Of a stretch of 64,000 nucleotides of DNA, positions 12,524 through 26,243 are shown one piece after another. Positions within the stretch are counted from its first letter, which is position 1; each line of letters starts with the position of its first letter. The stretch comes from Escherichia coli (lineage in GTDB: Bacteria; Pseudomonadota; Gammaproteobacteria; Enterobacterales; Enterobacteriaceae), in the NCBI RefSeq assembly GCF_050920415.1, contig NZ_CP169309.1, one strand, 5' to 3'. Under the pieces are notes generated by a model. The model searched no databases. It was given only the letters and a program-made list of their open reading frames with translations, and was not told the DNA's origin. The position numbers were made by a program, and so were the translations under genes.

Positions 12524-12540
12524 TAAACAAAACCTAAACA
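12524..12540 (-). promoter_or_regulatory. PhoP box (direct repeat TGTTTA-N5-TGTTTA) upstream of yrbL
   Basis: Minus strand reads TGTTTAGGTTTTGTTTA about 50 bp upstream of the yrbL start; matches the PhoP box consensus. Confidence 0.6.
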
Positions 12541-12685
12541 ATGCCTCTTAAGGTTTTCTTAAGGTTCTTCTGAAAGTGAAAAGCGCACAAAATGTACAAT
12601 TTCCGTCATTAATAACGATTTCAGTACGCGCTTTTTTTATTGTCGGGGGGAGCTTGAAGGGATTTGTATGTCAAAGTGATGAAAA

Positions 12686-12958
12686 TTAATCTTCATCAAA
12701 ACCAGAGTTAAAGAGGGCGATAACGGCGGCCAGTGCTTCCTCTTCCTGTGGACCGGTCGCTTCGACTTCAATCTGCCGTCCTTTGGCAGAATCCAGCATC
12801 AGCAGCGCAATAACGCTGTTGGCTTCAGCTTCAGTGCCTTCATCGTTACGTAACAGCACTTCAGCGTCAAAACCCTGCATTAATTCAAACAGCTTCATTG
12901 CAGGCCGGGCATGCATGCCCAGCTTGTTTGTGATTTCAACAGTTTGCTTGACGGTCAT
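12686..12958 (-). CDS. npr: Nitrogen-PTS phosphocarrier protein NPr
   Basis: 90-aa ORF, HPr-like ([20 protein letters not shown]...); overlaps the rapZ stop. Confidence 0.95.
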
Positions 12959-13809
12959 GGTTTACGTTTTTCCAGCGTACGATGGCGTGACTGGACGTTT
13001 TTACCGCGTGAACGGAAGTAGTCTGCCAACTGCTCTGCAATATACACCGAACGGTGCTTCCCGCCAGTACAACCAATGGCGACCGTCAGGTAGCTACGGT
13101 TGTTGGTTTCCAGCATAGGTAACCATAGCTCAAGATAGCTTCGCGTCTGGTAAATAAAATTGTGTACTTCTGTGTGGCGGTCGAGGAACGCGGCGACAGG
13201 CTTATCAAGACCTGTCATCGGACGCAGTTTTGGATCCCAGTGCGGGTTCGGCAAGAAGCGCACGTCAAAGACGTAATCTGCATCGATAGGGATACCGTGT
13301 TTGAAGCCGAAAGACTCAAAGACCATGGTCAGTTCGCGTTCACGTTTACCCAGTAAACGGGTACGCAACATTTCTGCCAGCTCGTGAACGGACATTTCTG
13401 AGGTATCGACAATCAGATCCGCTCGCGAACGCAGTGGTTCCAGTAGATCGCTTTCTTTGTCGATAGCACTTTCCAGCGACAGGTTTTTGCTGGAAAGCGG
13501 ATGCAGGCGGCGCGTGTCACTGTAACGACGAATTAAGGTATTACGGTCGGCATCCAGGAACAGGAGTTGCGGTGAGAAAGCGTCAGGTAGGTTACTCATC
13601 GCCTGTTCGAATATTTCTGGTGACTCCGGCATATTACGAACATCAATGCTGACGGCGGCAGAAATCTCGCGATCGGCCAGAGTTCGAGCCAGATCGGGTA
13701 ACAACACTACGGGGAGGTTATCCACGCAGTAAAAACCCATATCTTCCAGAGCACGAAGGGCGACAGATTTACCTGAACCTGAACGTCCGCTGACGATCAT
13801 CAGTACCAT
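12955..13809 (-). CDS. rapZ: RNase adaptor protein RapZ (YhbJ)
   Basis: 284-aa ORF with P-loop GRSGSGKS; recognised as RapZ. Confidence 0.95.
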
Positions 13810-13854
13810 GTACTGTTTCTCCTCACAACGTCTAAAAGAGACATTACCGAATAA

Positions 13855-14346
13855 CTACGCTTCATCCGGAGTACCTTCGGTATCCGTAATGATTTGATAC
13901 AGCTCTTCATCGCTCTGGGCTGCGCGTAAACGGCGGCAGATGGTTTTATCCGCCAGACGTTTCGCTACCAGCGACAGAGTATGCAGGTGCGTTTTGGTTT
14001 GGTCAGCTGGAACCAGCAACGCAAACAGTAAATCTACCGGTTGGTTGTCAATGGCATCGAAAGCTATGGGCGTTTCGAGCTGAACGAAAACGCCAACGGC
14101 GCGCAGAGTATCTTCTTCCAGTTTGCCATGCGGAATGGCTATACCATTGCCGATACCGGTACTGCCCATTTTTTCCCGCGTCAGGATAGCTTCAAAAACC
14201 ACCTGAGGCGGCAGGCTAAGTTGTTTCGCCGCCAGCTCGCTGATGATTTCCAGGGCGCGTTTTTTGCTCTGACAGTGGACGCGGCTTCGCGTACATTCCC
14301 TGTTAAGAACAGTGCTAAGCTGTAGAGTTGTATCATTATTTGTCAT
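13855..14346 (-). CDS. ptsN: Nitrogen-PTS enzyme IIA (EIIA-Ntr)
   Basis: ATG at 14346 (MTNNDTTLQL...) gives 163 aa; PTS EIIA fructose-type domain. Confidence 0.94.
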   Translation of the reverse strand: MTNNDTTLQLSTVLNRECTRSRVHCQSKKRALEIISELAAKQLSLPPQVVFEAILTREKMGSTGIGNGIAIPHGKLEEDTLRAVGVFVQLETPIAFDAIDNQPVDLLFALLVPADQTKTHLHTLSLVAKRLADKTICRRLRAAQSDEELYQIITDTEGTPDEA

Positions 14347-14463
14347 AATTTCACCTAAGAACCTGCTCACTCAAACGGTGGAACAGGTTCGGAGCATTAA
14401 CTGTACAAATGGCCCGTTGTGCCGCACAACAGGCCGCCATGCACATGCTAATTGCCCGGACAA

Positions 14464-14751
14464 TTAGTGTTGTTTCAGTTTATCTTTATGTTTGGTCAAC
14501 TGGCGTGCCAGCTTATCAATTAAGCCATCAATGGCAGCGTACATGTCCTGACCTTCCGCGCTGGCATGAATTTCACCACCGTTTACATGCAGTGTTGCAT
14601 CTGAGGTATGGGTGACTTTCTCCACTTTCAGAACAACATAGACCTGGTTGATTCGGTCAAAATATTGCTCAAGTTTGGCAAATTTAGCAGTAACAAATTC
14701 GCGCAGTGCCTCGGTGATCTCGACGTTATTTCCGGTAATGTTGAGCTGCAT
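14464..14751 (-). CDS. hpf: Ribosome hibernation promoting factor
   Basis: ATG at 14751 (MQLNITGNNVEITEALREFV...) gives 95 aa; the longer track ORF runs into rpoN. Confidence 0.93.
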   Translation of the reverse strand: MQLNITGNNVEITEALREFVTAKFAKLEQYFDRINQVYVVLKVEKVTHTSDATLHVNGGEIHASAEGQDMYAAIDGLIDKLARQLTKHKDKLKQH

Positions 14752-14773
14752 AGTGTCTTCCTTATCGGTTGGG

Positions 14774-16207
14774 TCAAACGAGCTGTTTACGCTGGTTTGA
14801 CGGCGGAATGGATAAAGACTCTCGGTACTTCGCAACAGTGCGGCGTGCCACCATGATACCTTGTTCTGACAGCAAAGAGGTTAACTTGCTGTCGCTTAGC
14901 GGTTTCGCTGGGTTTTCCGCCGCGATTAATTTCTTCACCAGCGCACGAATTGCCGTTGAGGAAGCTTCGCCGCCGCCCTCGGTATTGACGTGACTGGAAA
15001 AGAAATACTTCAGTTCAAAAATGCCTCGTGGACTATGCAGGTATTTTTGCGTGGTCACGCGAGATATCGTCGATTCATGCATTTCGACAGCCTGGGCGAT
15101 ATCGGCCAGTACCATCGGTTTCATATATTCTTCGCCTTGCTCAAAGAAGGCTTGCTGCTGTTCAACGATACAGCGACTCACGCGTAGTAGCGTATCGTTA
15201 CGGCTTTCCAGACTCTTGATCAACCATTTGGCATCCTGCAGATTGCTGCGGATAAACTGGCTGTCACCGTCGTTGCGCGCGTTATTGCACATCGAGGCGT
15301 AGTGCTGGTTGATTTGCAGACGCGGAATGCTGTCGCTGTTGAGTTCTACTATCCAGTGACCGTTATGCTTACGCACCAGTACATCTGGAATGACATACTC
15401 CGGTTCGCCAGTCTGGATCGACTGTCCGGGGCGTGGATCGAGCGACTGGATCAGATTGACGGCTTCTTTCAGCACATCTTCTTTCAGTCGCGTGACGCGC
15501 ATTAAGGTACGGAAGTCGTGATTGGCTAACAGATCGAGATGATCGCTAATGATCAGTCTCGCCTCTTCCAGCCACGGCGTAGTTTTATCGAATTGGGAGA
15601 GTTGGATCAGCAGGCAGTCACGCAGATCTTTCGCCGCTACGCCGACCGGATCAAACCGTTGGATCCGCTTCAGGACGGCTTCAACTTCATCGATGTCGAT
15701 TTCTTCATCGCCCATACTTTCGAGAATATCTTCCAGCGGAACAGTCAGATAACCGGTGTCATCAACGGCATCGACGATAGAGGTAGCAATAGCGCGGTCA
15801 GTGTCGGAAAACGGTGTCAGCTCGACTTGCCACATCAGGTAATCTTGCAAGGTCTGCGTTGTTTCGCCCTGATAGACCGGCAGCTCGTCGTCAATGTAGT
15901 CACCGCTGGTGCCGGAGGGTGTACCAGCGGTGTAAATGGTGTCCCAACTGGCATCGAGCGGCAGCTCTTCCGGCATCTCTTTTTGTTCGAGCGCGTCGGC
16001 GGTGTCCAGTGTTTCACTGTCTTGCGTTTCGCGGGTGTCGATTTCTTCATGAGTGTCGATTTGCTCAAGCAGCGGATTACTCTCCAGCGCCTGCTGTAGC
16101 TCCTGCTGAAGTTCCAGCGTCGACAACTGCAACAGACGAATAGCCTGTTGGAGCTGTGGCGTCATCGCCAGTTGTTGGCTAAGCCTGAGTTGCAAACCTT
16201 GCTTCAT
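14774..16207 (-). CDS. rpoN: RNA polymerase sigma-54 factor
   Basis: 477-aa ORF with Gln/Leu-rich N-terminus, acidic region and C-terminal RpoN box ([10 protein letters not shown]). Confidence 0.97.
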   Translation of the reverse strand: MKQGLQLRLSQQLAMTPQLQQAIRLLQLSTLELQQELQQALESNPLLEQIDTHEEIDTRETQDSETLDTADALEQKEMPEELPLDASWDTIYTAGTPSGTSGDYIDDELPVYQGETTQTLQDYLMWQVELTPFSDTDRAIATSIVDAVDDTGYLTVPLEDILESMGDEEIDIDEVEAVLKRIQRFDPVGVAAKDLRDCLLIQLSQFDKTTPWLEEARLIISDHLDLLANHDFRTLMRVTRLKEDVLKEAVNLIQSLDPRPGQSIQTGEPEYVIPDVLVRKHNGHWIVELNSDSIPRLQINQHYASMCNNARNDGDSQFIRSNLQDAKWLIKSLESRNDTLLRVSRCIVEQQQAFFEQGEEYMKPMVLADIAQAVEMHESTISRVTTQKYLHSPRGIFELKYFFSSHVNTEGGGEASSTAIRALVKKLIAAENPAKPLSDSKLTSLLSEQGIMVARRTVAKYRESLSIPPSNQRKQLV

Positions 16208-16254
16208 GTTCAGAATCGTACTCTCCTGATAAAACGTCGCAAACTTCTACCCTA

Positions 16255-16980
16255 TCAGAGTCTGAAGTCTTCCCCAAGGTATACACGCTTAACATGTTCG
16301 TCTTGTAAGATTTCTGTAGGCGTGCCGTGGGCGATCAAATGCCCCTGACTGACGATATAAGCGCGTTCACAAACCGCCAGCGTTTCACGCACGTTATGGT
16401 CGGTGATCAGCACGCCCAGGCCGCTGTCGCGCAAGTGCTCAATGATGCGTTTGATGTCGATAACCGAGATCGGGTCAACCCCGGCAAACGGTTCATCAAG
16501 CAGAATAAATTTCGGATTCGCAGCCAGTGCTCGGGCAATTTCTACACGGCGACGTTCACCCCCGGAGAGTGACTGCCCCATGCTGTCACGCAGGTGTTCG
16601 ATGTGAAACTCTTCCATCAGCTCGTTCGCGCGGTCTTCACGTTGTTCAGCAGACAAGTCGTCACGAATTTGCAGTACCGCCATCAGGTTATCGTAAACGC
16701 TGAGGCGACGAAAAATGGAGGCTTCCTGCGGCAGATAGCCGATACCGCGGCGCGCGCGCGCATGCAGAGGCAGCAGACTGATATCGTCATCATCAATAAT
16801 GATATTGCCCGCATCGCGCGGCACAATGCCAACAACCATGTAGAAAGTGGTGGTCTTACCGGCACCGTTTGGCCCCAGCAGACCGACAATTTCCCCGGAG
16901 TTGACGGTCAGGCTGACGTCTTCTACCACGCGGCGGCCTTTATAGGCTTTTGCAAGGTTCTTTGCAGTTAATGTTGCCAT
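16255..16980 (-). CDS. lptB: LPS export ABC transporter ATP-binding protein LptB
   Basis: 241-aa ORF with Walker [13 protein letters not shown] signature LSGGERRR and Walker B ILLDEP. Confidence 0.96.
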
Positions 16981-16986
16981 AACGAA

Positions 16987-17544
16987 TTAATTACCCTTCT
17001 TCTGTGCCGGGGTCTGGCCTTTGTTGTTTTTGTCCTGCAGCTGCGACGGCACCAGAACGGTGGTTACGCGCTTGCCTTTGTCGCTGAACGCCTGCATTTT
17101 CTGCTCTTTCACCAGGTAAGTGATCTTATCACCCTTAATGTTGCTATCGACCTGCTGCAGATAAGCATTACCCGTCAGAACGACAAAATCTTTTGCCAGT
17201 TCGTAGTGCATCTGGGAAGCGTGACCTTCAACGGGTTTACCGTTGTCCTGCATCTGGTAGAACGTTGCCGGTTTACCGTAGCCGTCAATCACTTCTTTAC
17301 CTTGTTCGCCGCCCGGACGGGTAACGACCACTTTGTCGGCATTAATTTTGATGGTGCCCTGGGTGACGATGACATTACCGGTAAAGGTAACCACGTTGCC
17401 TTGCATATCAAGAGATTGCTGGTCCGATTCAATGTGGATCGGCTGATCAGTGTCTCCGGTTACGGCAAATGCCGGAATGCTGGCGGCCAGAAGTGAGCTG
17501 GCAAGCACAAGATTAAGGCTGAGTTTGTTTGTTTTGAATTTCAT
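16987..17544 (-). CDS. lptA: Periplasmic LPS transport protein LptA
   Basis: ATG at 17544 (MKFKTNKLSLNLVLASSLLAASIPAFA...) gives 185 aa with a signal peptide; overlaps the 3' end of lptC. Confidence 0.94.
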   Translation of the reverse strand: MKFKTNKLSLNLVLASSLLAASIPAFAVTGDTDQPIHIESDQQSLDMQGNVVTFTGNVIVTQGTIKINADKVVVTRPGGEQGKEVIDGYGKPATFYQMQDNGKPVEGHASQMHYELAKDFVVLTGNAYLQQVDSNIKGDKITYLVKEQKMQAFSDKGKRVTTVLVPSQLQDKNNKGQTPAQKKGN

Positions 17545-18088
17545 AGGATGTTCTAACCTTTTCAATCAGCTCGGCGTTCTTGCTGCGTAAGTTGCCGCGC
17601 ATTTTCAGACCGCTGGAGTTAAATGTTGTTCCGTATAACGTGACAAGGTCTTCAGAGGTAACATCCTGCGTCACCAGATTGATCTGCGCGTTATCCGTCG
17701 TGATTCTGCGAAGTTGAGAGTCCGGCACGAGTGCGTTGACTTCAACGTGTCCATATAAATAGAGCATCCGGTCATTGGTCAGCTTGGCTTTATCTGCTTT
17801 TACGGACCATGTCGGGATTTTATCCTTATCAAACGTGGTAAGTACCGGCTGCGTAAACCACGAAACGGCCTGATCGGAATAATATTCAACGTGTTGAGCA
17901 ATCAATCGATAGCTTAGTGCCCCTTCTGGGTTATAGACGAGCGTGTCCGTATGCTCGCTTTTATAGGTGGGATCATTGTTGTTGACGACCACCTGGGCGG
18001 TATCGTCTTTTTCGGCCATATTAATGCCGATCATCACCAGAACCGCCAGTGATAGCACAATGATAACCCAACGTCTGGCTTTACTCAT
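17513..18088 (-). CDS. lptC: LPS transport inner-membrane protein LptC
   Basis: 191-aa ORF with N-terminal TM anchor; start overlaps the kdsC stop. Confidence 0.94.
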   Translation of the reverse strand: MSKARRWVIIVLSLAVLVMIGINMAEKDDTAQVVVNNNDPTYKSEHTDTLVYNPEGALSYRLIAQHVEYYSDQAVSWFTQPVLTTFDKDKIPTWSVKADKAKLTNDRMLYLYGHVEVNALVPDSQLRRITTDNAQINLVTQDVTSEDLVTLYGTTFNSSGLKMRGNLRSKNAELIEKVRTSYEIQNKQTQP

Positions 18089-18651
18089 ATCGATTGCCCT
18101 TTGGCTTCATCCAGTTTGCCCTGCGCCAGGAGTAATAAGTCGCAAACTTCTCGCACTGCGCCACGACCGCCAGCAATGCGCGTTACGTAATCGGCGCGCG
18201 GGAGCAACAGTGGATGCGCATCGGCCACGGCGATGCTTAAACCCACTTTTTCCATTACCGGCCAGTCAATGAGATCATCGCCGACATAAGCCACATTTTC
18301 CGGGGCAATTGCCAGTTTTTCCAGCAGATCGCTAAAGGCGATCAGTTTGTTTGACTGCCCCTGATACAAGTGAGTGATCCCCAATGTGGCACAACGATCT
18401 TCTACCAGTTTAGCCTTTCGCCCGGTAATGATAGCGACTTCAATATCAGAGGTGAGCGCACAACGAATGCCATAACCGTCACGAACGTTGAACGCTTTCA
18501 GCTCTTCGCCATTATTGCCCATATAAATCAGGCCATCTGACAGTACGCCATCGACATCGAGGATCAGCAGACGAATGTTCTCTGCTTTTGCCATAACGTC
18601 GGCGCTGACAGGGCCGTAACAGGTCGCAAGCGACGCACCTGCTTTGCTCAT
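18085..18651 (-). CDS. kdsC: 3-deoxy-D-manno-octulosonate 8-phosphate phosphatase
   Basis: 188-aa ORF, HAD superfamily (LILDVDGVLSDG). Confidence 0.95.
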   Translation of the reverse strand: MSKAGASLATCYGPVSADVMAKAENIRLLILDVDGVLSDGLIYMGNNGEELKAFNVRDGYGIRCALTSDIEVAIITGRKAKLVEDRCATLGITHLYQGQSNKLIAFSDLLEKLAIAPENVAYVGDDLIDWPVMEKVGLSIAVADAHPLLLPRADYVTRIAGGRGAVREVCDLLLLAQGKLDEAKGQSI

Positions 18652-18671
18652 TGTTGTTTATCCTTGAATCT

Positions 18672-19658
18672 TTACACTACGCCTGCACGCAGTAAATCAT
18701 GCATATGTAACACACCGAGTAAATGGTCGCCATCGGCAACCATCACGGAGGTGATATGGCGGGACTGCATTAAGTTCAGTGCCTCAACGGCCAGAATGCC
18801 AGGGCGTACACGTATTCCCCCCGGCGTCATCACATCGGCAATACTTAACTGACGAACATCCACACCCATATCGAAGACACGGCGTAAATCACCGTCGGTA
18901 AAGATGCCTTCAATCATCATATTGTCATCGCAAATGACCGTCATACCAAGATTTTTGCGGGTAACTTCCAGCAACGCGTCGCGCAGGCTGGCCGTTTTCT
19001 TAACATGCGGGATCTCATCGCCCGTATGCATAATATCGTTTACGCGCAGCAGAAGTTTACGACCCAGTGCGCCGCCGGGGTGTGAGAGCGCAAAATCTTC
19101 AGCAGTAAAGCCGCGTGCTTTTAACAGCGCGACAGCGAGCGCATCGCCCATAACCAGCGTGGCGGTCGTGCTGCTGGTCGGTGCCAGCCCTAACGGACAG
19201 GCTTCTTTCGCTACTTTAACACACAGATGCACATCTGCGGCGCGCGCCATGCTGCTCTCCGGGCGACCGGTGATGCAGATTAACGGCACGTGAAGACGCT
19301 TAAGCACTGGAATTAAGGCCGTGATTTCGCTGGATTCACCGGAGTTAGAGATAGCAATCACCACGTCCTGCGGGGTGACCATACCCAAATCACCATGAGC
19401 AGCTTCACCTGGATGGACGAAAAATGAAGGTGTACCAGTGCTGGCAAACGTTGCCGCCATTTTGCGCCCAATATGCCCCGATTTCCCCATCCCCATGACG
19501 ACAACTTTCCCTTTACACCAGAACATCTTTTCACAGGCAAGCGTGAAATTCTGATTGATGTATTGATCAAGCTCCGCCAGGCATTCACGTTCAATCGCCA
19601 GGACTTCTTTACCTGCTTGCTGAAAGTCAAAACCCGGTTGTAACTCTACGTGCGACAT
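18672..19658 (-). CDS. kdsD: D-arabinose 5-phosphate isomerase
   Basis: ATG at 19658 (MSHVELQPGFDF...) gives 328 aa; SIS domain plus tandem CBS domains. Confidence 0.95.
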   Translation of the reverse strand: MSHVELQPGFDFQQAGKEVLAIERECLAELDQYINQNFTLACEKMFWCKGKVVVMGMGKSGHIGRKMAATFASTGTPSFFVHPGEAAHGDLGMVTPQDVVIAISNSGESSEITALIPVLKRLHVPLICITGRPESSMARAADVHLCVKVAKEACPLGLAPTSSTTATLVMGDALAVALLKARGFTAEDFALSHPGGALGRKLLLRVNDIMHTGDEIPHVKKTASLRDALLEVTRKNLGMTVICDDNMMIEGIFTDGDLRRVFDMGVDVRQLSIADVMTPGGIRVRPGILAVEALNLMQSRHITSVMVADGDHLLGVLHMHDLLRAGVV

Positions 19659-19671
19659 AATACGTTTCCAG

Positions 19672-20649
19672 TTATTCAACGAGTATTGGCGATAACCAGT
19701 ACAACATCGCCAGCCATACGATAAATCCGCCAGTTAATAATACCCCTACACCACGGCCCGGTTGCTGGGAGCGCCGCCAGCACAGCAACGCAAAAATAAT
19801 GCTCACCAGCAACATCACGCTGTAGTCACGACTGTACGCCAGTGGATCAATCTCTCCAGGCGTTATCAGCGCGGGTAAACCCAACACGATGACAATATTA
19901 AAAATGTTTGCGCCAATGATATTCCCGACAGCAATGTCGTTTTCACCTTTGCGAACCCCCGCGATTGCGGTTGCCAGTTCTGGCAGACTGGTTCCGATAG
20001 CGATTGCCGTCAGACCCATCGTCAACTCGCTGATGGCAAAGTAATTCGCCAGCACCGTGGCGTTATCAACCACCATCCGCGTGGCCACTGGCATGATGAT
20101 CAGCGCAATGCCGAGCCATAAAAACGCGACGGGCAATCCGCCTTCACGCGGCAGCTCTGCAAGCTGCTCTCTGGTCAGGCTGTCAGTCCCCTGACGTTCA
20201 GCCAGACGTGCAAGTTTAACAATGAACAGCAGCCATAGCACAGCCAGAAAGAGGAGAAAGATACCATCGCTGCGACTAAGTTGTCCGTCATAGAGTACGG
20301 AACCGGCCACCACACTGACCAACAACATTAAGGGTAATTCGCGGCGCAGAACATCGGAATGGACGGTAAAAGGACGTACCAGCGCAGCCAGACCGAGGAT
20401 CAGCAAAATATTGATAATGTTTGATCCGAGGGCTACACCAACGGCTAAATCGCGTTGTTCGTGCAGTGATGCGGCAAGCGAAACGATGATTTCTGGTAAC
20501 GATGTGCCAATACTGACCACCGTCATGCCGATGATCAGTGGCGGTATGCCAAAGGATCGGCAAAGAATGGACGCGGCAAATACCAGGCGGTCGGCACTGT
20601 AAACGACCAAAAGTAAACCAACAATTAACAGTGCCGTAGCTAAAAGCAT
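19672..20649 (-). CDS. yrbG: Ca2+/cation antiporter-family inner membrane protein YrbG
   Basis: 325-aa polytopic membrane ORF with duplicated alpha-repeat motifs (GTSLPE). Confidence 0.93.
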   Translation of the reverse strand: MLLATALLIVGLLLVVYSADRLVFAASILCRSFGIPPLIIGMTVVSIGTSLPEIIVSLAASLHEQRDLAVGVALGSNIINILLILGLAALVRPFTVHSDVLRRELPLMLLVSVVAGSVLYDGQLSRSDGIFLLFLAVLWLLFIVKLARLAERQGTDSLTREQLAELPREGGLPVAFLWLGIALIIMPVATRMVVDNATVLANYFAISELTMGLTAIAIGTSLPELATAIAGVRKGENDIAVGNIIGANIFNIVIVLGLPALITPGEIDPLAYSRDYSVMLLVSIIFALLCWRRSQQPGRGVGVLLTGGFIVWLAMLYWLSPILVE

Positions 20650-20858
20650 CTAACGTCCTTTCTTCAGGTATACTCGCCGGTCCGCTGAAGATTTTCAGAA
20701 AGCCGTAACGGATTCTTAATTTTGACTTTATGCGGCTAAAAAGTAAAACAAATGCCAGCTTTCGCTAACCACGGCGGGTAATATTCTGTAAATATGTTGG
20801 GTTCAAGGTTAAATTGAGCGCCATGCTTAGAAAATCAACGCAAGACGAAGGGTGAATT

Positions 20859-22458
<1,600 letters not shown>

Positions 22459-22462
22459 GTTC

Positions 22463-23014
22463 ATGCAAACGAAAAAAAATGAAATTTGGGTGGGTATCTT
22501 TTTATTAGCAGCACTGCTGGCGGCGCTGTTTGTTTGCCTGAAGGCGGCGAACGTGACGTCCATACGTACTGAACCGACCTATACGCTTTATGCGACGTTC
22601 GATAACATTGGCGGCCTGAAAGCGCGCTCTCCGGTCAGCATTGGTGGCGTTGTTGTGGGCCGGGTGGCGGATATTACGCTGGACCCGAAAACCTATCTGC
22701 CACGCGTAACGCTGGAAATTGAACAACGTTATAACCACATTCCTGATACCAGTTCGCTGAGCATCCGTACTTCCGGCCTGCTGGGGGAACAATATCTGGC
22801 ATTAAACGTCGGTTTTGAAGACCCGGAACTGGGGACTGCTATCCTGAAGGATGGCGATACAATCCAGGACACTAAGTCTGCGATGGTGCTGGAAGATCTC
22901 ATTGGTCAGTTCCTTTACGGTAGTAAAGGCGATGACAATAAGAATAGTGGCGATGCGCCAGCTGCTGCGCCAGGTAATAATGAAACCACTGAACCTGTGG
23001 GTACAACGAAATAA
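22463..23014 (+). CDS. mlaD: MCE-domain phospholipid-binding protein MlaD
   Basis: ATG at 22463 (MQTKKNEIWVGIFLL...) gives 183 aa; the track ORF starts 15 nt upstream. Confidence 0.94.
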   Translation: MQTKKNEIWVGIFLLAALLAALFVCLKAANVTSIRTEPTYTLYATFDNIGGLKARSPVSIGGVVVGRVADITLDPKTYLPRVTLEIEQRYNHIPDTSSLSIRTSGLLGEQYLALNVGFEDPELGTAILKDGDTIQDTKSAMVLEDLIGQFLYGSKGDDNKNSGDAPAAAPGNNETTEPVGTTK

Positions 23015-23667
<653 letters not shown>

Positions 23668-23668
<1 letters not shown>

Positions 23669-23961
23669 TGAGCGAGTCACTGAGCTGGATGCAGACGGGT
23701 GACACGCTGGCGTTATCCGGAGAGCTGGATCAGGACGTTCTGCTACCGCTTTGGGAAATGCGTGAGGAGGCGGTGAAGGGGATTACCTGCATCGATCTTA
23801 GCCGTGTATCCCGCGTTGATACAGGTGGACTGGCGCTGCTGCTCCATCTTATCGATCTGGCGAAAAAGCAGGGCAACAATGTGACGCTTCAGGGGGTAAA
23901 CGACAAAGTGTATACCCTGGCGAAATTGTATAATTTGCCTGCTGATGTTCTGCCTCGTTAA
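23668..23961 (+). CDS. mlaB: STAS-domain protein MlaB
   Basis: ATG at 23668 overlapping the mlaC stop (TAATG); 97 aa (MSESLSWMQTGDTLALSGELD...). Confidence 0.92.
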
Positions 23962-23969
23962 ATTTTTTC

Positions 23970-24002
23970 AGGCCGGATAAGGCGTTAACCGCCTGTCCGG
24001 CA
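23970..24002. repeat. REP-like palindromic element downstream of mlaB
   Basis: gccggataaggcgttaaccgcctgtccggc resembles the REP consensus (GCCGGATAAGGCG...). Confidence 0.5.
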
Positions 24003-24120
24003 AACCTGCCTGCAAGTTGAGCCTTGTCTGATTTATCAGCGAGGCTTTTTGCTTATTTATGCCAGCGCAACTTTGCTCTAAGATGTTTCGCTGGTTTATT
24101 AACTGATGATTGAAGATCCC

Positions 24121-24375
24121 ATGGAAAATAATGAAATTCAGAGCGTGTTGATGAACGCTCTCTCCCTCCAGGAAGTCCACGTTTCCGGCGATGGCAGCCA
24201 CTTTCAGGTTATTGCCGTGGGTGAGTTGTTTGACGGCATGAGTCGGGTTAAAAAACAGCAGACGGTCTATGGCCCGCTGATGGAATATATTGCGGATAAC
24301 CGCATTCATGCTGTGTCGATCAAAGCGTATACCCCTGCGGAGTGGGCGCGCGATCGCAAACTGAACGGCTTTTGA
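24121..24375 (+). CDS. ibaG: BolA-family protein IbaG (YrbA)
   Basis: ATG at 24121 ([29 protein letters not shown]...) gives 84 aa. Confidence 0.92.
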
Positions 24376-24429
24376 GCTATGGGCGATTCGCCGGTAGCGG
24401 ATATGAATTGTTAACTGAGAACAAACTAA

Positions 24430-25689
<1,260 letters not shown>

Positions 25690-25703
25690 TCGTCCGAGAG
25701 CTG

Positions 25704-25725
25704 GCAGCCCCGTTCGCGGGGCTAC
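25704..25725. terminator. GC-rich hairpin between convergent murA and sfsB; putative shared terminator
   Basis: agccccg-ttcg-cggggct stem-loop 15 nt after the murA stop; no clear U-tract. Confidence 0.4.
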
Positions 25726-25736
25726 CGCCAGACCAC

Positions 25737-26015
25737 TCATTTTTTCGGTTTAGTGTAGCTACGCATCAACTGCGTTCTGTCGATAAACTCATGGGTCTGC
25801 GGATCATGGTAGCGTGATGGCCAGATAACCCAGGGGTCAGTTCCCAGTGCTTTCGCAATAATCATCTCTCCTTTCGGCCATGGGCGCGATAATGCGTTCG
25901 CCAGCGTTGAGGAACTCAAACCATTTCTACGAGATTCCGCCGCCATTGACGTTCCTTTCTTGCGTAAACCCGCAATGATGTCAGCGGGATGCCAGTCAAT
26001 GAAATTACTTTCCAT
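25737..26015 (-). CDS. sfsB: Ner-like DNA-binding protein SfsB (Nlp)
   Basis: 92-aa ORF with helix-turn-helix; recognised as Nlp/SfsB. Confidence 0.93.
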   Translation of the reverse strand: MESNFIDWHPADIIAGLRKKGTSMAAESRRNGLSSSTLANALSRPWPKGEMIIAKALGTDPWVIWPSRYHDPQTHEFIDRTQLMRSYTKPKK

Positions 26016-26207
26016 CTTTCCTCACTCCTTAAGTTAGTCGCTTTCATTCAGAACACTTCTTCTGTCGAGCATCACTATACTCCTGATGGCCTATTGCTCT
26101 AAAAAGTTCCTGTAAAGAGTGTGAATATTCAGAATATATAAAGATACATACACTGGTTTTTCAGGCGTTATTACGCTGAATAAGTGTTTTTATGGAACTT
26201 ATTGGAA

Positions 26208-26230
26208 TCATCCCGCGCACTGCGCGGGAT
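26208..26230. repeat. Perfect 11-bp inverted repeat with 1-nt spacer, 14 nt downstream of the ispB stop
   Basis: catcccgcgca-c-tgcgcgggatg; no adjacent U-tract on the ispB transcript. Confidence 0.6.
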
Positions 26231-26243
26231 GAGGGGGAGGGGA

